A stretch of DNA of 64,000 nt from Acetobacterium sp. (GCA_028692885.1 JAQUWM010000002.1:15403-79402); one strand, 5' to 3'. Numbered from the stretch's first letter, positions 1 to 8,450 are shown. Notes: a model not told the origin generated them from the sequence alone. Numbers and translations: made by a program.

Positions 1-499
1 CCATTAACCCTTTGCCGGTGTCCATGGCATGGATCTCACTGACCACACTCATGCAATGCACCTGATACATCATGACGGTGGGGTTCATATAGCCCCATAA
101 GAGAGAAGAAGCCGTTTCCGGTGACCGGATCGGCTCATATAACCCGTGGGCCTGTAATGCCTCCATGGTACTGAAATAGTCCTTGCACTCGTACCGTTTC
201 CCATCATAGGACTTTGTGACCGGAAAGATCGTCAACAGTTCGGCCGGGGTCAGTTCACAGATGGTGTTTAAGAGCATCTGATCAAAAACAAGTAACCCCT
301 CCAGACTTTCCCGGCTCATGCTCTTAATATTGATAATGGACAGGTATTTCACGGTATAGAAGATAATCCTCTTCGTGGCCTCAATGTTATCCGGCTCCAA
401 TTGTTTGGCCTTTATGGCCCGGATCATGCCTTCAAGATATTTGCGTTCATAATCCACCGGTGAGCGGTCTATTTGGGTTCCTTCAATGAGTTTTAACAT
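1..499 (-). CDS. Island hypothetical protein, partial (MLKLIEGTQIDRS...LTPAELLTIFPVTKSYDGKRYECKDYFSTME...)
   Basis: Manually translated open frame from ATG at 499 with AAGGAAGAGG RBS; runs off the window edge. Confidence 0.75.
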   Translation of the reverse strand, partial: MLKLIEGTQIDRSPVDYERKYLEGMIRAIKAKQLEPDNIEATKRIIFYTVKYLSIINIKSMSRESLEGLLVFDQMLLNTICELTPAELLTIFPVTKSYDGKRYECKDYFSTMEALQAHGLYEPIRSPETASSLLWGYMNPTVMMYQVHCMSVVSEIHAMDTGKGLM

Positions 500-510
500 T
501 CCTCTTCCTT

Positions 511-783
511 TCAATTTGTAAATAGCATTTTTATGCATTCCGTGTATTTTGCTTGCCCCACCATAGGGATATTGTGCAAATCGCTGTAATGGTATTTAGT
601 CATTTCAGCAATTGATATTACTTTCCCACCAATTGCGTTGATCACGGCGGTCAAATTAAGAACCACATCTTTAGGTTGTGGCTTTTGGCATTTTGGCAAG
701 TAAAACGTGCGCCACTTATACGCGCCATCCTTTGTGGTATAGTCTACAATATACTGATGATGCTGGTTTAAGTCTGGTTTCAT
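511..783 (-). CDS. Hypothetical protein of the island
   Basis: 90-aa ORF, AGGAAGGA RBS, closely packed between neighbouring genes. Confidence 0.65.
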   Translation of the reverse strand: MKPDLNQHHQYIVDYTTKDGAYKWRTFYLPKCQKPQPKDVVLNLTAVINAIGGKVISIAEMTKYHYSDLHNIPMVGQAKYTECIKMLFTN

Positions 784-795
784 GGCATTTCCTTC

Positions 796-1152
796 CTATT
801 CCTCACATATATTAAAAACAACCGGTAGCCAGTGCGCTTCTTTGTACTGCAAAGCTTTATTTGCTATTGGATATGACAGAGCTTTGCCATCGGCTAAATA
901 AACAATGATGCTTGTTGACACCCTGGTTATTTTCCCTGCGATGAGTAAATCATTAATGATTGCAAATGCCTCTTCATTCCAACCATCCCATATAATGATG
1001 TTATAAAAACCTGTTAAATTAGTTGTGGCATTTCCTTGCCAATCAAAGCCCATACGGTCAAAGATCTTTTCAATATCCACATAGGTCACGCCTCTATACT
1101 TTTTGATATATTCTAATACTGCCTGTTTGGCTATTTCTCGTTTAAATTTCAC
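796..1152 (-). CDS. SaPI Ppi/Pif-like phage packaging interference protein
   Basis: Motifs NIIIWDGWNE, YLADGKALSYPIA and HWLPVVF resemble SaPI Ppi as recalled (NIVFWSGWN, YLLDG..P.A, WVPMVL). Same position, just after ori. Confidence 0.65.
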   Translation of the reverse strand: MKFKREIAKQAVLEYIKKYRGVTYVDIEKIFDRMGFDWQGNATTNLTGFYNIIIWDGWNEEAFAIINDLLIAGKITRVSTSIIVYLADGKALSYPIANKALQYKEAHWLPVVFNICEE

Positions 1153-1164
1153 GTTTTTCCTTTC

Positions 1165-1463
1165 TGTCTGCTTAACTTAAGCAGATTCTGCTTAACGTTT
1201 TTTCACTTAAGCAGAGGAATTTTCCGCACTGTTATGCGATTTTACGGCTAATTCTGCTTATCTGCTTAAAGAATCAGTAATATATATTATTTAAATAAAT
1301 GTATATATATTTAATTTCTTTTTCCCTATATTATTAAAAAATATTTAGACAGATAAGCAGAATAGAGTAAAAAATGGCTTAATACAGGGGTTTAATTGTC
1401 TGCTTAGCTGTCTGCTTATCTGCTTAAGTGCCGTTTTGTCTGCTTAACTTAAGCAGATTCTGC
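1165..1463. repeat. Iteron-type replication origin of the island
   Basis: 12 exact TCTGCTTA/TAAGCAGA octamers (8 forward, 4 reverse) around an AT-rich core at ~1277-1347, directly after the helicase gene. Confidence 0.85.
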
Positions 1464-3125
1464 CCTTTTCAGTAACTTAATTTTGTATTCTTGATCATTC
1501 CAATCGAGATTAACCCCCTGAAGTTGAATGCCTGTGAAGCAGTTTTCAATTTTCCCGTCAAAATACAGTATGCTCCGACTATGATACGCTTCTCCGATCA
1601 TTGGTTTTATTTTACCGATAAATGCCCGTTGGCTTATTTTGACATGGTGGACGTCTGGCTTCATAGAGTAGGGATCTTTGGGGATTACACCATCATCCAT
1701 CAGAAAATACTGATAAGCCGTGAACAAATCATGACTATTGATCCGATGATCTTTATTATCCGTATAAACCACGCAATCTTTGTAAAACCGATAAATCGAA
1801 TCAGATTCACGCTCCATCAATTCCCGGTTGGCGTGGATCTCTTCGGGTATGGTAAAGTGCTGTCTATTATCGATAAATTTAACTAATTGTTCAACGGCCT
1901 TTACAATGATATACTCCATATTTAAGGTCAGATAGACTTTAGGGATTTGCTTGTCTCTGGGAATGACCGTTTTAAATTCGTAGATTAACAATCTTTCGCC
2001 AATGCTGCTTTTATCACTTACAAAAAAATTAGGAACAGTATTCCCTGCAAAAACGAGCATTGCTTTATTTTTAAAGGTTATACTCCCTAAGAATTTTTGG
2101 AACAATGTGACAAAATCACCGCCTGAAAGTTGTTTAAGGAGGGTATCGTTTTTAATATTTAAAGGCGGTGTTTCGGCGCAGATGTTTGCCCGCTTCCCGA
2201 CAATATCAGTTAATTCCTTTGACTTTTCATCCGTGAATACACTTAAGCCGATACTTGAATAATCTCTAGCCCCATCTGAATTGGTTAATAGTATTTCACA
2301 AACATGTAAATATTGAGACTTGCCAGTATCCTTTTTTCCTGTGAAATAAAACACGTGCTTAAAATCCCTATAATTTGACATCAGCACCCCCAAAGCCTGG
2401 TAAAGGTAATTAATAGCTTCTTGGTTTTCATCGGTGATGGTATTAAAAAAATCATCGGTTTTTTGATCGTTCGCTATCATCGGGTTCCAGTTGTGACCTA
2501 TTTGGTGGATAAATGCCAGGTTTTTTGCTTTTTCGTTTTTATACTCCATAAAGTCAAATGTTTCTACGTCTAGAATCCCATTTTTAAAGGCAATGAACTT
2601 TTCCGGGGCAAGGTCTTCATCCTTCAATGTCAGCGCCCCATCATAAAGTAAGAGTTTTTCGCAATCCTCAATATTTTTAGCAATTCGGTAAGATTCTGGG
2701 ATCTGGGCGCTTATCAAGTGCTTGATATTATTCACATGCTGATAATAGTTTGTTTTAAAAACTCTAAATTGGCCGTTGTAGACTTTTAGCGAAAATTTAC
2801 GCTTCATGTAAATAGCCAAGAGGGATACATCCACTTTTTTTGCCCCATCTGGCTGGTCAGCTCTTTTGGGAACCAGGAAAAACAAAGGTAATTTAATTTC
2901 TTTTTTCAGTGGCCCGGGCTTTTCCCCCTGTATTTCCGGCTCGCTTTCTGGTATAATGTTAATATCATCAATTGGCACGATATTGTCCAATTCGTCACCA
3001 GAATTTGAGGTTTTATGAGGCTCCCCGGCTTCTAATGCCTCAATTTTTTTTATGATCTCATCTTCACGTTTTTTTCTGGCCTCATCCTGTAAGGATTCTA
3101 ATATTTTTAATTCTGCGCTGTTCAA
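1449..3125 (-). CDS. SF3 helicase / Rep (P4/D5 primase-helicase C-terminal type)
   Basis: Walker A GKKDTGKS, KRANICAE, LKQLSGGD, FAGN and ERLLI motifs; D5_N-like FKNGILD; TTG start with GGAGGTG RBS. Confidence 0.85.
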   Translation of the reverse strand: MNSAELKILESLQDEARKKREDEIIKKIEALEAGEPHKTSNSGDELDNIVPIDDINIIPESEPEIQGEKPGPLKKEIKLPLFFLVPKRADQPDGAKKVDVSLLAIYMKRKFSLKVYNGQFRVFKTNYYQHVNNIKHLISAQIPESYRIAKNIEDCEKLLLYDGALTLKDEDLAPEKFIAFKNGILDVETFDFMEYKNEKAKNLAFIHQIGHNWNPMIANDQKTDDFFNTITDENQEAINYLYQALGVLMSNYRDFKHVFYFTGKKDTGKSQYLHVCEILLTNSDGARDYSSIGLSVFTDEKSKELTDIVGKRANICAETPPLNIKNDTLLKQLSGGDFVTLFQKFLGSITFKNKAMLVFAGNTVPNFFVSDKSSIGERLLIYEFKTVIPRDKQIPKVYLTLNMEYIIVKAVEQLVKFIDNRQHFTIPEEIHANRELMERESDSIYRFYKDCVVYTDNKDHRINSHDLFTAYQYFLMDDGVIPKDPYSMKPDVHHVKISQRAFIGKIKPMIGEAYHSRSILYFDGKIENCFTGIQLQGVNLDWNDQEYKIKLLKRAESA

Positions 3126-3700
3126 CCGGCTTTCACCTCCATTCTGTTCAAGTCTTTGTATAATGCTGTTTTTTCTTCCTGGGTGCCTTTTAAAAGGATG
3201 TCCAGATAAAAGTTGACGGTTTCTATCCGGTGGACTGCCTCCACATATAAAGGGTGAAACTCATCCCCTTCATTGACTGGCCGGTACTCTTTGAAATTGT
3301 GTAAGTAAAACCGGGCAAGCTGGGCGTAAGTGCTGTAGGTCTTATCGATTCAGTCACTAAAGGCTTTTTGCAATTGCTTTTGCCTTTCCATTTCCTGTAT
3401 TTTGGCGGTATCGGGACGGTATTCGCCTTTGAAATCAAGACCTAGCCCAAAATCAGCATTAAGCTTTTTCACCGACTCTAAAGGCTCCAGGTCAAACAAT
3501 TTCATTACAATATCCAACGCTGTGCCACTGGCACCACACGCAAAACATCGGTATCGGCCCTTCTTAAACGATAGGGAAGGGTGGCTATCTGCATGCCACA
3601 AGCAAAGTGCCTTGTGATGCCGGTTGACCTCAAGTCCATAGCGCCTGGCGACCTCTTCGATGTCCAAATTCTGCCTGATATGTTCATAAGGGTCAATCAT
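3122..3700 (-). pseudogene. CHC2 zinc-finger (DnaG Zn-binding-like) protein interrupted by an in-frame TGA at 3350-3352
   Basis: CLWH...CFAC Zn ligands. The frame stays open 75 more codons after the TGA and ends in a TGA that overlaps the helicase TTG start. Confidence 0.7.
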
Positions 3701-3987
3701 TTTACTAGGCCGATATTGCGCTTATAACTTTCTATCCGGTCGGCGCTGATATTGGTAACGGCGGCCGCCGGGGCCTCCTCTTCTGGCGTTTCTTCCTGGA
3801 AGGGATCGAGTAAATATGATAATAGGTCGTCAAAATTAATCAGATGCTTACGGCCTGCCTTGACACTCTTGATTTTGCCGTCCAATACCAGCCGTCTAAT
3901 GGCGCATTGGGTTAATGCTGTGTGTTCGTCCAGGGCCTTTAATTCGGCTGATGCCTCTGGCACTGTCCGCATTCGTGGGATATTCAT
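3697..3987 (-). CDS. Excisionase-like HTH_17 DNA-binding protein
   Basis: RTVPEA...AIRRLVLDGKIKSVKAGRKHLINFDDL is a typical Xis-family pattern; AGGAGG RBS. Confidence 0.8.
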   Translation of the reverse strand: MNIPRMRTVPEASAELKALDEHTALTQCAIRRLVLDGKIKSVKAGRKHLINFDDLLSYLLDPFQEETPEEEAPAAAVTNISADRIESYKRNIGLVK

Positions 3988-4167
3988 TTATTTTTCCTCC
4001 TTGCTTAATTTTTCGATTGCTTCAAAAATCCGCTGTTTTTCTTCTAATGATAGCTCGTGGCGCATTTTACGAGAAAACTTGACTTCATGGATTCCCATAA
4101 ATTCAGCAACTTGCCATTGATAGAAGCCCGCATTTTTAATTGATGCTCTAACATCTTTATTTTTCAT
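3988..4167 (-). CDS. Small Cro/Str-like HTH protein (59 aa, MKNKDVRASIKNAGFYQWQVAEFMGIHEVKFSRKMRHELS...)
   Basis: Manual translation (below the ORF-track cutoff); AGGAGG RBS; divergent from the repressor. Confidence 0.75.
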   Translation of the reverse strand: MKNKDVRASIKNAGFYQWQVAEFMGIHEVKFSRKMRHELSLEEKQRIFEAIEKLSKEEK

Positions 4168-4192
4168 TCAACAAAACCTCCTTAAGTTCTTA

Positions 4193-4295
4193 TTGACTAC
4201 ATTGATAATTTATGAAATAATTATGACTACAATGATTATAGCATTAAAAAAGACGAGTGTAAACACATATAATGCTACTTTCTTAAATGACTACA
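4193..4295. promoter_or_regulatory. Island genetic switch: opposed promoters with three TGACTACA boxes
   Basis: + strand TTGACT-17-AATAAT (4193-4221); - strand TTTACA-17-TATAAT (4263-4235); TGACTACA at 4194, 4224 and 4288. Confidence 0.6.
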
Positions 4296-4315
4296 AAAAT
4301 GTAACGAGGTGAAAG

Positions 4316-5038
4316 ATGGATAGTAAAATTACTGAAAATGTCTTCAAAGATAGACTTAGTGAATTAATGGAAGAACGGGACATCAATCAAAGGGAATTAG
4401 CCGATGAGATTGGTATTTCAAAGCAGACAATAAGTTTTTATGTAAACGGGAAGCGATTACCAGATATAGACAACTTTAATCTAATATGCGAATTCTTTAA
4501 AGTTTCTGCTGACTATATGCTGGGCAAAACAAAATCAAAAAGCATAAACATGGAAATAAGCACAATGCATGAAAAAATTGGTTTGTCTGATGAAGCTATT
4601 ATAATTCTGGAAAAATTAAAAAATAAAGATAGTGAGTTGTTGCCGTTATTGAGTCGCATAATCGAACAAGAAATTATTAACATTGAAGATATTGATGATG
4701 AAGAAAGACTAATAACTAAAGATGGGGTGCTTTTTTTGAGCTATGAACCGTGTGCATCAGTTTTATCAAACATATACAAGAGTATAACTTTTCTAAAATT
4801 TGTAGATAAATATCAACACAAACAACTTGCAATCAAACCAGATGGTGATTTTGAGCTTAAACAGGAATATCCGATGAAAGAGCTACTGATCAAGCCGGAT
4901 GGAAACTATGAGATTGTAGATGCATTAGAAGCTGAAGATAATAGTTTAAGAATAGAGATTAACGATTTTATCCACAAACGGCTTGATGATGATATCCTAT
5001 ATGCCTTAAGTGATTTGATCATAGCTCATTATATCTAG
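4316..5038 (+). CDS. XRE-family repressor (Stl-like)
   Basis: N-terminal HTH INQRELADEIGISKQTISFYVNGKRLPD...VSADYMLG; acidic C-terminus with no S24 peptidase motif. Confidence 0.85.
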   Translation: MDSKITENVFKDRLSELMEERDINQRELADEIGISKQTISFYVNGKRLPDIDNFNLICEFFKVSADYMLGKTKSKSINMEISTMHEKIGLSDEAIIILEKLKNKDSELLPLLSRIIEQEIINIEDIDDEERLITKDGVLFLSYEPCASVLSNIYKSITFLKFVDKYQHKQLAIKPDGDFELKQEYPMKELLIKPDGNYEIVDALEAEDNSLRIEINDFIHKRLDDDILYALSDLIIAHYI

Positions 5039-5090
5039 AAATTTGTTTGGCATGGCACATAATTATGTTAAGCGAAAACTATATAACATA

Positions 5091-5124
5091 AAAAGCCCCC
5101 TGATTGGCAAAATCAAGAGGCTTT
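5091..5124 (-). terminator. Hairpin/terminator between repressor and integrase
   Basis: AAAGCCCC-C-TGATT-GGCAA-AATCA-AGAGGCTTT, with a T-tract on the - strand. Confidence 0.55.
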
Positions 5125-5200
5125 AAATAAATATTGAAAGGTTGTGTTAACGCACTTTTATTTTACCACTTCCTTTCCACGAAAACAAGGAGGTACCCCC

Positions 5201-6586
5201 ATGGCCAACATTCAAAAAAGAGGAAACTCATACAAAATAACAGTCTCAGACGGTTATGATGTCAATGGTAAAAAAATCAGATACTATATGACTTATGATC
5301 CTCCAGAGGGATTAAGTCCGGCCAAATTAAAAAAAGAGCTGGAGAAAGTCGCCCATGAGTTTGAGGAAAAATGCAACCTGGGCTATGTCATGGACAGTAA
5401 CATTAAACTCATTGATTTTATTGAGATCTGGTTTAAGAATTATGTGGGCAATAAAAACCTCTCCCCGGTAACGGTCAGGGGCTATCAGAATGAATCATTG
5501 AAAATTATTGAAGAGCTGGGACATATTAAAATGGGCCAGATCACACCAAAGCACATTCAAGACTTTTATGCAAAGATCAAAGGTAGCACCGGTGTAAGGG
5601 GTGGGGAAAAATTCACAGTTACGCCGGAATATCTGGTAACCGTGGCCAGTATGAAACAAAAGGACATTTCAGATAAAGCTGGGATCAATGACGATGCTCT
5701 GCGACGATTAAAAAAAGGCGGTAACACAACCCATGAAATAGCCTGTAAGGTAGCTGATGCCATTGGAAAAGATTTTGATACCCTCTTCATATCGACCAAC
5801 CCACAAAGAGAAGTGTCAAACGAAACGGTGCTACATTACCACAAATTATTGAATAACATCATGAATACCGCTGTTAAATGGGGTGTTATAGCATTCAATC
5901 CCATTGAAAAACGGGTTGAGCTACCAAAATCAGACCGTAAAGAACCGGCCTACATGGATGATAAGGAAGCCCTGGCATTTCTGGAGCTGCTGGAAGAGGA
6001 ACCCATCAAATATAAGCTGGCTCTTAATCTTCTAATATTCAGTGGTTTACGGCGTGGGGAGATCGGCGGCCTGAAATGGTCGGACATTGATTTCGATGAT
6101 AAGATCATCACTGTGAAGAGGGCATTAAAATACATTGCCGGTGTGGGTCTGTTTGAAGGGGACACTAAAACATTTAAATCCAGAAGAAGCATTAAGCTGC
6201 CTGATTTCGTCTTTGATCTGTTTAAGGCCTATAAGGTCTGGCAACTGGAAGAGCGCCTTAAGGTGGGGGATCGGTGGCAAGATCATGATTTTATCTTTAC
6301 CCGGTGGAACGGGGAACCTATGAGTTTGGACACGATCGGCGGTTATTTGAAGAAATTCACAGATAAGCATGGGTTAAAGCCGGTACACCTTCACTCACTG
6401 CGGCACACCAACGCCTCGATACTCATTGCCAGCGGCGTGGATCTCAAAACAGTATCCTCAAGGCTGGGACATTCCAATTTATCCACAACCGGCAATATTT
6501 ATGCCCATGTGATTAATTCGGCCGATGCAAAGGCCAGCGATGCCCTGGATCATATTTTAGTCACTAAAGCCCGTAAAGCTCAGTAA
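5201..6586 (+). CDS. int: Tyrosine recombinase/integrase with an internal HTH insertion
   Basis: GLRRGE, KT, HSLRH, RLGH and IYAH catalytic motifs; N-terminal arm-binding region; AAGGAGG RBS before ATG 5201. Confidence 0.92.
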   Translation: MANIQKRGNSYKITVSDGYDVNGKKIRYYMTYDPPEGLSPAKLKKELEKVAHEFEEKCNLGYVMDSNIKLIDFIEIWFKNYVGNKNLSPVTVRGYQNESLKIIEELGHIKMGQITPKHIQDFYAKIKGSTGVRGGEKFTVTPEYLVTVASMKQKDISDKAGINDDALRRLKKGGNTTHEIACKVADAIGKDFDTLFISTNPQREVSNETVLHYHKLLNNIMNTAVKWGVIAFNPIEKRVELPKSDRKEPAYMDDKEALAFLELLEEEPIKYKLALNLLIFSGLRRGEIGGLKWSDIDFDDKIITVKRALKYIAGVGLFEGDTKTFKSRRSIKLPDFVFDLFKAYKVWQLEERLKVGDRWQDHDFIFTRWNGEPMSLDTIGGYLKKFTDKHGLKPVHLHSLRHTNASILIASGVDLKTVSSRLGHSNLSTTGNIYAHVINSADAKASDALDHILVTKARKAQ

Positions 6587-6619
6587 CTTTTGTTATTGGG
6601 CTTTAATTATTTTTAAAAC

Positions 6620-6638
6620 AGTCGCCAAATAGTCGCCA
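6620..6638 (+). repeat. Putative integrase arm-type binding sites
   Basis: AGTCGCCA repeated with an 11-bp period between the int stop and the tRNA 3' end. Confidence 0.55.
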
Positions 6639-6676
6639 GACTAGGGGTTTTTTGACCTCTTCCAACCCTCGGACAT

Positions 6677-6706
6677 AAAAAAAAGAGAACCTCAACGGCT
6701 CTCTTA
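6677..6706 (-). terminator. Terminator after tRNA-Ala
   Basis: - strand AAGAGAGCC-GTTGA-GGTTCTCTT followed by a T-run. Confidence 0.65.
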
Positions 6707-6718
6707 TGCGTTTTTAAT

Positions 6719-6794
6719 TGGTGGAGATGAGGGGACTCGAACCCCTGGCCTTCTGACTGCCAGTCAGACGCGATCCCAACTTCGCCACACCCCC
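6719..6794 (-). tRNA. tRNA-Ala(GGC)
   Basis: 76-nt cloverleaf, G3:U70 pair, anticodon arm TCTGA-CTGGCAG-TCAGA, TTCGAGT T-loop, encoded CCA. Confidence 0.97.
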
Positions 6795-6823
6795 AAAACA
6801 TGATAACTTTCGGACACTATTAT

Positions 6824-6852
6824 AGTATAAAGGAGATGAGTTTTATTTGCAA
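6824..6852 (-). promoter_or_regulatory. sigmaA promoter of tRNA-Ala
   Basis: TTGCAA-17-TATACT on the - strand. Confidence 0.65.
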
Positions 6853-7194
6853 GTGTTTTTTTAAAAAAGGATGATAGAAAACTCAAAGTTTTTTATGTGG
6901 TGGATGAAGTGAAGGGAAAACTACTGATAAAATGATTTGTGGTGAGAAAAAACGATTTAATGAATAAAAGCTGTAAAATAATAAATTGTCCAATTAAGCG
7001 AAGTCAAGAAAATATCTGTTTTCGATAAATTACCAATAAATATAAAAATATGAGGCAATATAGTACTGATACAAAGCAAAATATTGTAAAATACTAAAAA
7101 AAATGCCAAAAAATTCCTGTTTATGTTATAATATTACTCAATGGAAGTCGATGCGAATAAGGAGTATGGAATAATTGTCTAAAGGGGTTGTTTT

Positions 7195-8448
7195 ATGAGA
7201 GTCTTACTAAAGATTACTGACATTATTGACGTAGAGGTGCTGCAAAGAATTCAGGATTATTTTTCAGATGCCACCGGATTTGCTGCAGTTACAGTTGATT
7301 ACAAAGGCAATCCGATTACGGAATACAGTAATTTTTCAGAATTCTGTAATTGTGTTAGAAAAGATAGCAATAATCGCGATCGCTGTTATCAATCAGATGC
7401 CCATGGTGGGATTGAGTCAGCACGATCTGGCAAACCATCGATTTACATTTGTCATGGAGGACTAGTGGATCTTGCGGTTCCAATCATGGTAAAGGGAAAC
7501 TATCTGGGAGCTATTATGGCAGGACAGGTAAAAATTGATGAAGAAGAAATGAAACAGCTGCCGTTTGGCACAAGCTATGAATTGACGGATTTCTCGAAAA
7601 ATCCTGAAATCATCGATTTGTATGACAAAACAGTGAAAACGACCTTAACTCAGATAAGAGCGGCTGCGGATCTTCTTTATACGATTGCCAATTATCTGGT
7701 TGAAAAACAGATGATTCACATTATCCAGGAGGAATTGCATAACAAAAACCTGGAATTAATGGAAGAGGTTAAACTCCGAAGTGAGGTTGAGGCTTCACTG
7801 AAAGAAGCGGATTTGAAAGCCTTACAGGCTCAGATTAATCCACATTTTTTGTTTAATGTTTTAAATACCATTGGCCGATTAGCTCTTTTGGAGGGAGCAG
7901 ATAAAACCCAGGATATGATCTATGCGTTTTCGGATATGATGCGGTACACCTTAAAGAAAGAAAAAAACAATGTGGTGACGCTTAAAGAAGAAATGGAATA
8001 CGTGCAAAATTATTTATTCATCCAGAAAATGCGTCTGGGAAATCGGTTGAATTATTTGGTGAAAGTTGATGAAATGGCAGAAGATATCTTATGTCCATTT
8101 ATGACTGTTCAGCCTTTTGTGGAAAATGCTGTAATTCATGCCATTGAACCCAATGCGAAGGGTGGAGAGGTTAGAATAACGGCAGATATCCTGAAAGAAC
8201 TGGCCATCTTGAAAATTATTGATGATGGTAAGGGGATTCCCAATGATCGTATCGATAAAATTCTGGATGGAAATTACGAAGTGGATGGACGGGAAAAAAA
8301 TACCGGAATTGGTATTAATAATGCGAACAAGCGGCTTATGTATTACTATGGCGTTGATTATGGGGTAGAGATAAAAAGTGGGCTTGAAAAGGGCACTGAA
8401 ATTACTATTAAAATACCTCGTAAATCGTTAGCTGGGAGGGGATTATAA
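7195..8448 (+). CDS. Cytoplasmic sensor histidine kinase with a PocR ligand-binding domain (LytS/YesM-type kinase core)
   Basis: PocR-type FCNCVR, RCYQSD and YICHGGL; LQAQINPHFLFN; QPFVENA; DDGKG; TGIG; no TM helices. Confidence 0.9.
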   Translation: MRVLLKITDIIDVEVLQRIQDYFSDATGFAAVTVDYKGNPITEYSNFSEFCNCVRKDSNNRDRCYQSDAHGGIESARSGKPSIYICHGGLVDLAVPIMVKGNYLGAIMAGQVKIDEEEMKQLPFGTSYELTDFSKNPEIIDLYDKTVKTTLTQIRAAADLLYTIANYLVEKQMIHIIQEELHNKNLELMEEVKLRSEVEASLKEADLKALQAQINPHFLFNVLNTIGRLALLEGADKTQDMIYAFSDMMRYTLKKEKNNVVTLKEEMEYVQNYLFIQKMRLGNRLNYLVKVDEMAEDILCPFMTVQPFVENAVIHAIEPNAKGGEVRITADILKELAILKIIDDGKGIPNDRIDKILDGNYEVDGREKNTGIGINNANKRLMYYYGVDYGVEIKSGLEKGTEITIKIPRKSLAGRGL

Positions 8449-8450
8449 TC

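Larger units (their letters stand above)
1..6730. mobile_element. PICI/SaPI-like phage satellite island (left end outside window) integrated at the tRNA-Ala 3' end
   Basis: Integrase ends ~130 bp from the tRNA 3' end. Repressor and int are divergent from cro-xis-Zn finger-helicase-ori-ppi, which is SaPI-like synteny. No structural genes in the visible part. Confidence 0.8.

Noticed and set aside
3350-3352. Selenocysteine recoding of the in-frame TGA
   Set aside because: No redox or Cys context and no evident SECIS hairpin; Trp->stop is simpler.
6613-6801. 62-aa ORF
   Set aside because: It overlaps the tRNA-Ala gene and the att region.
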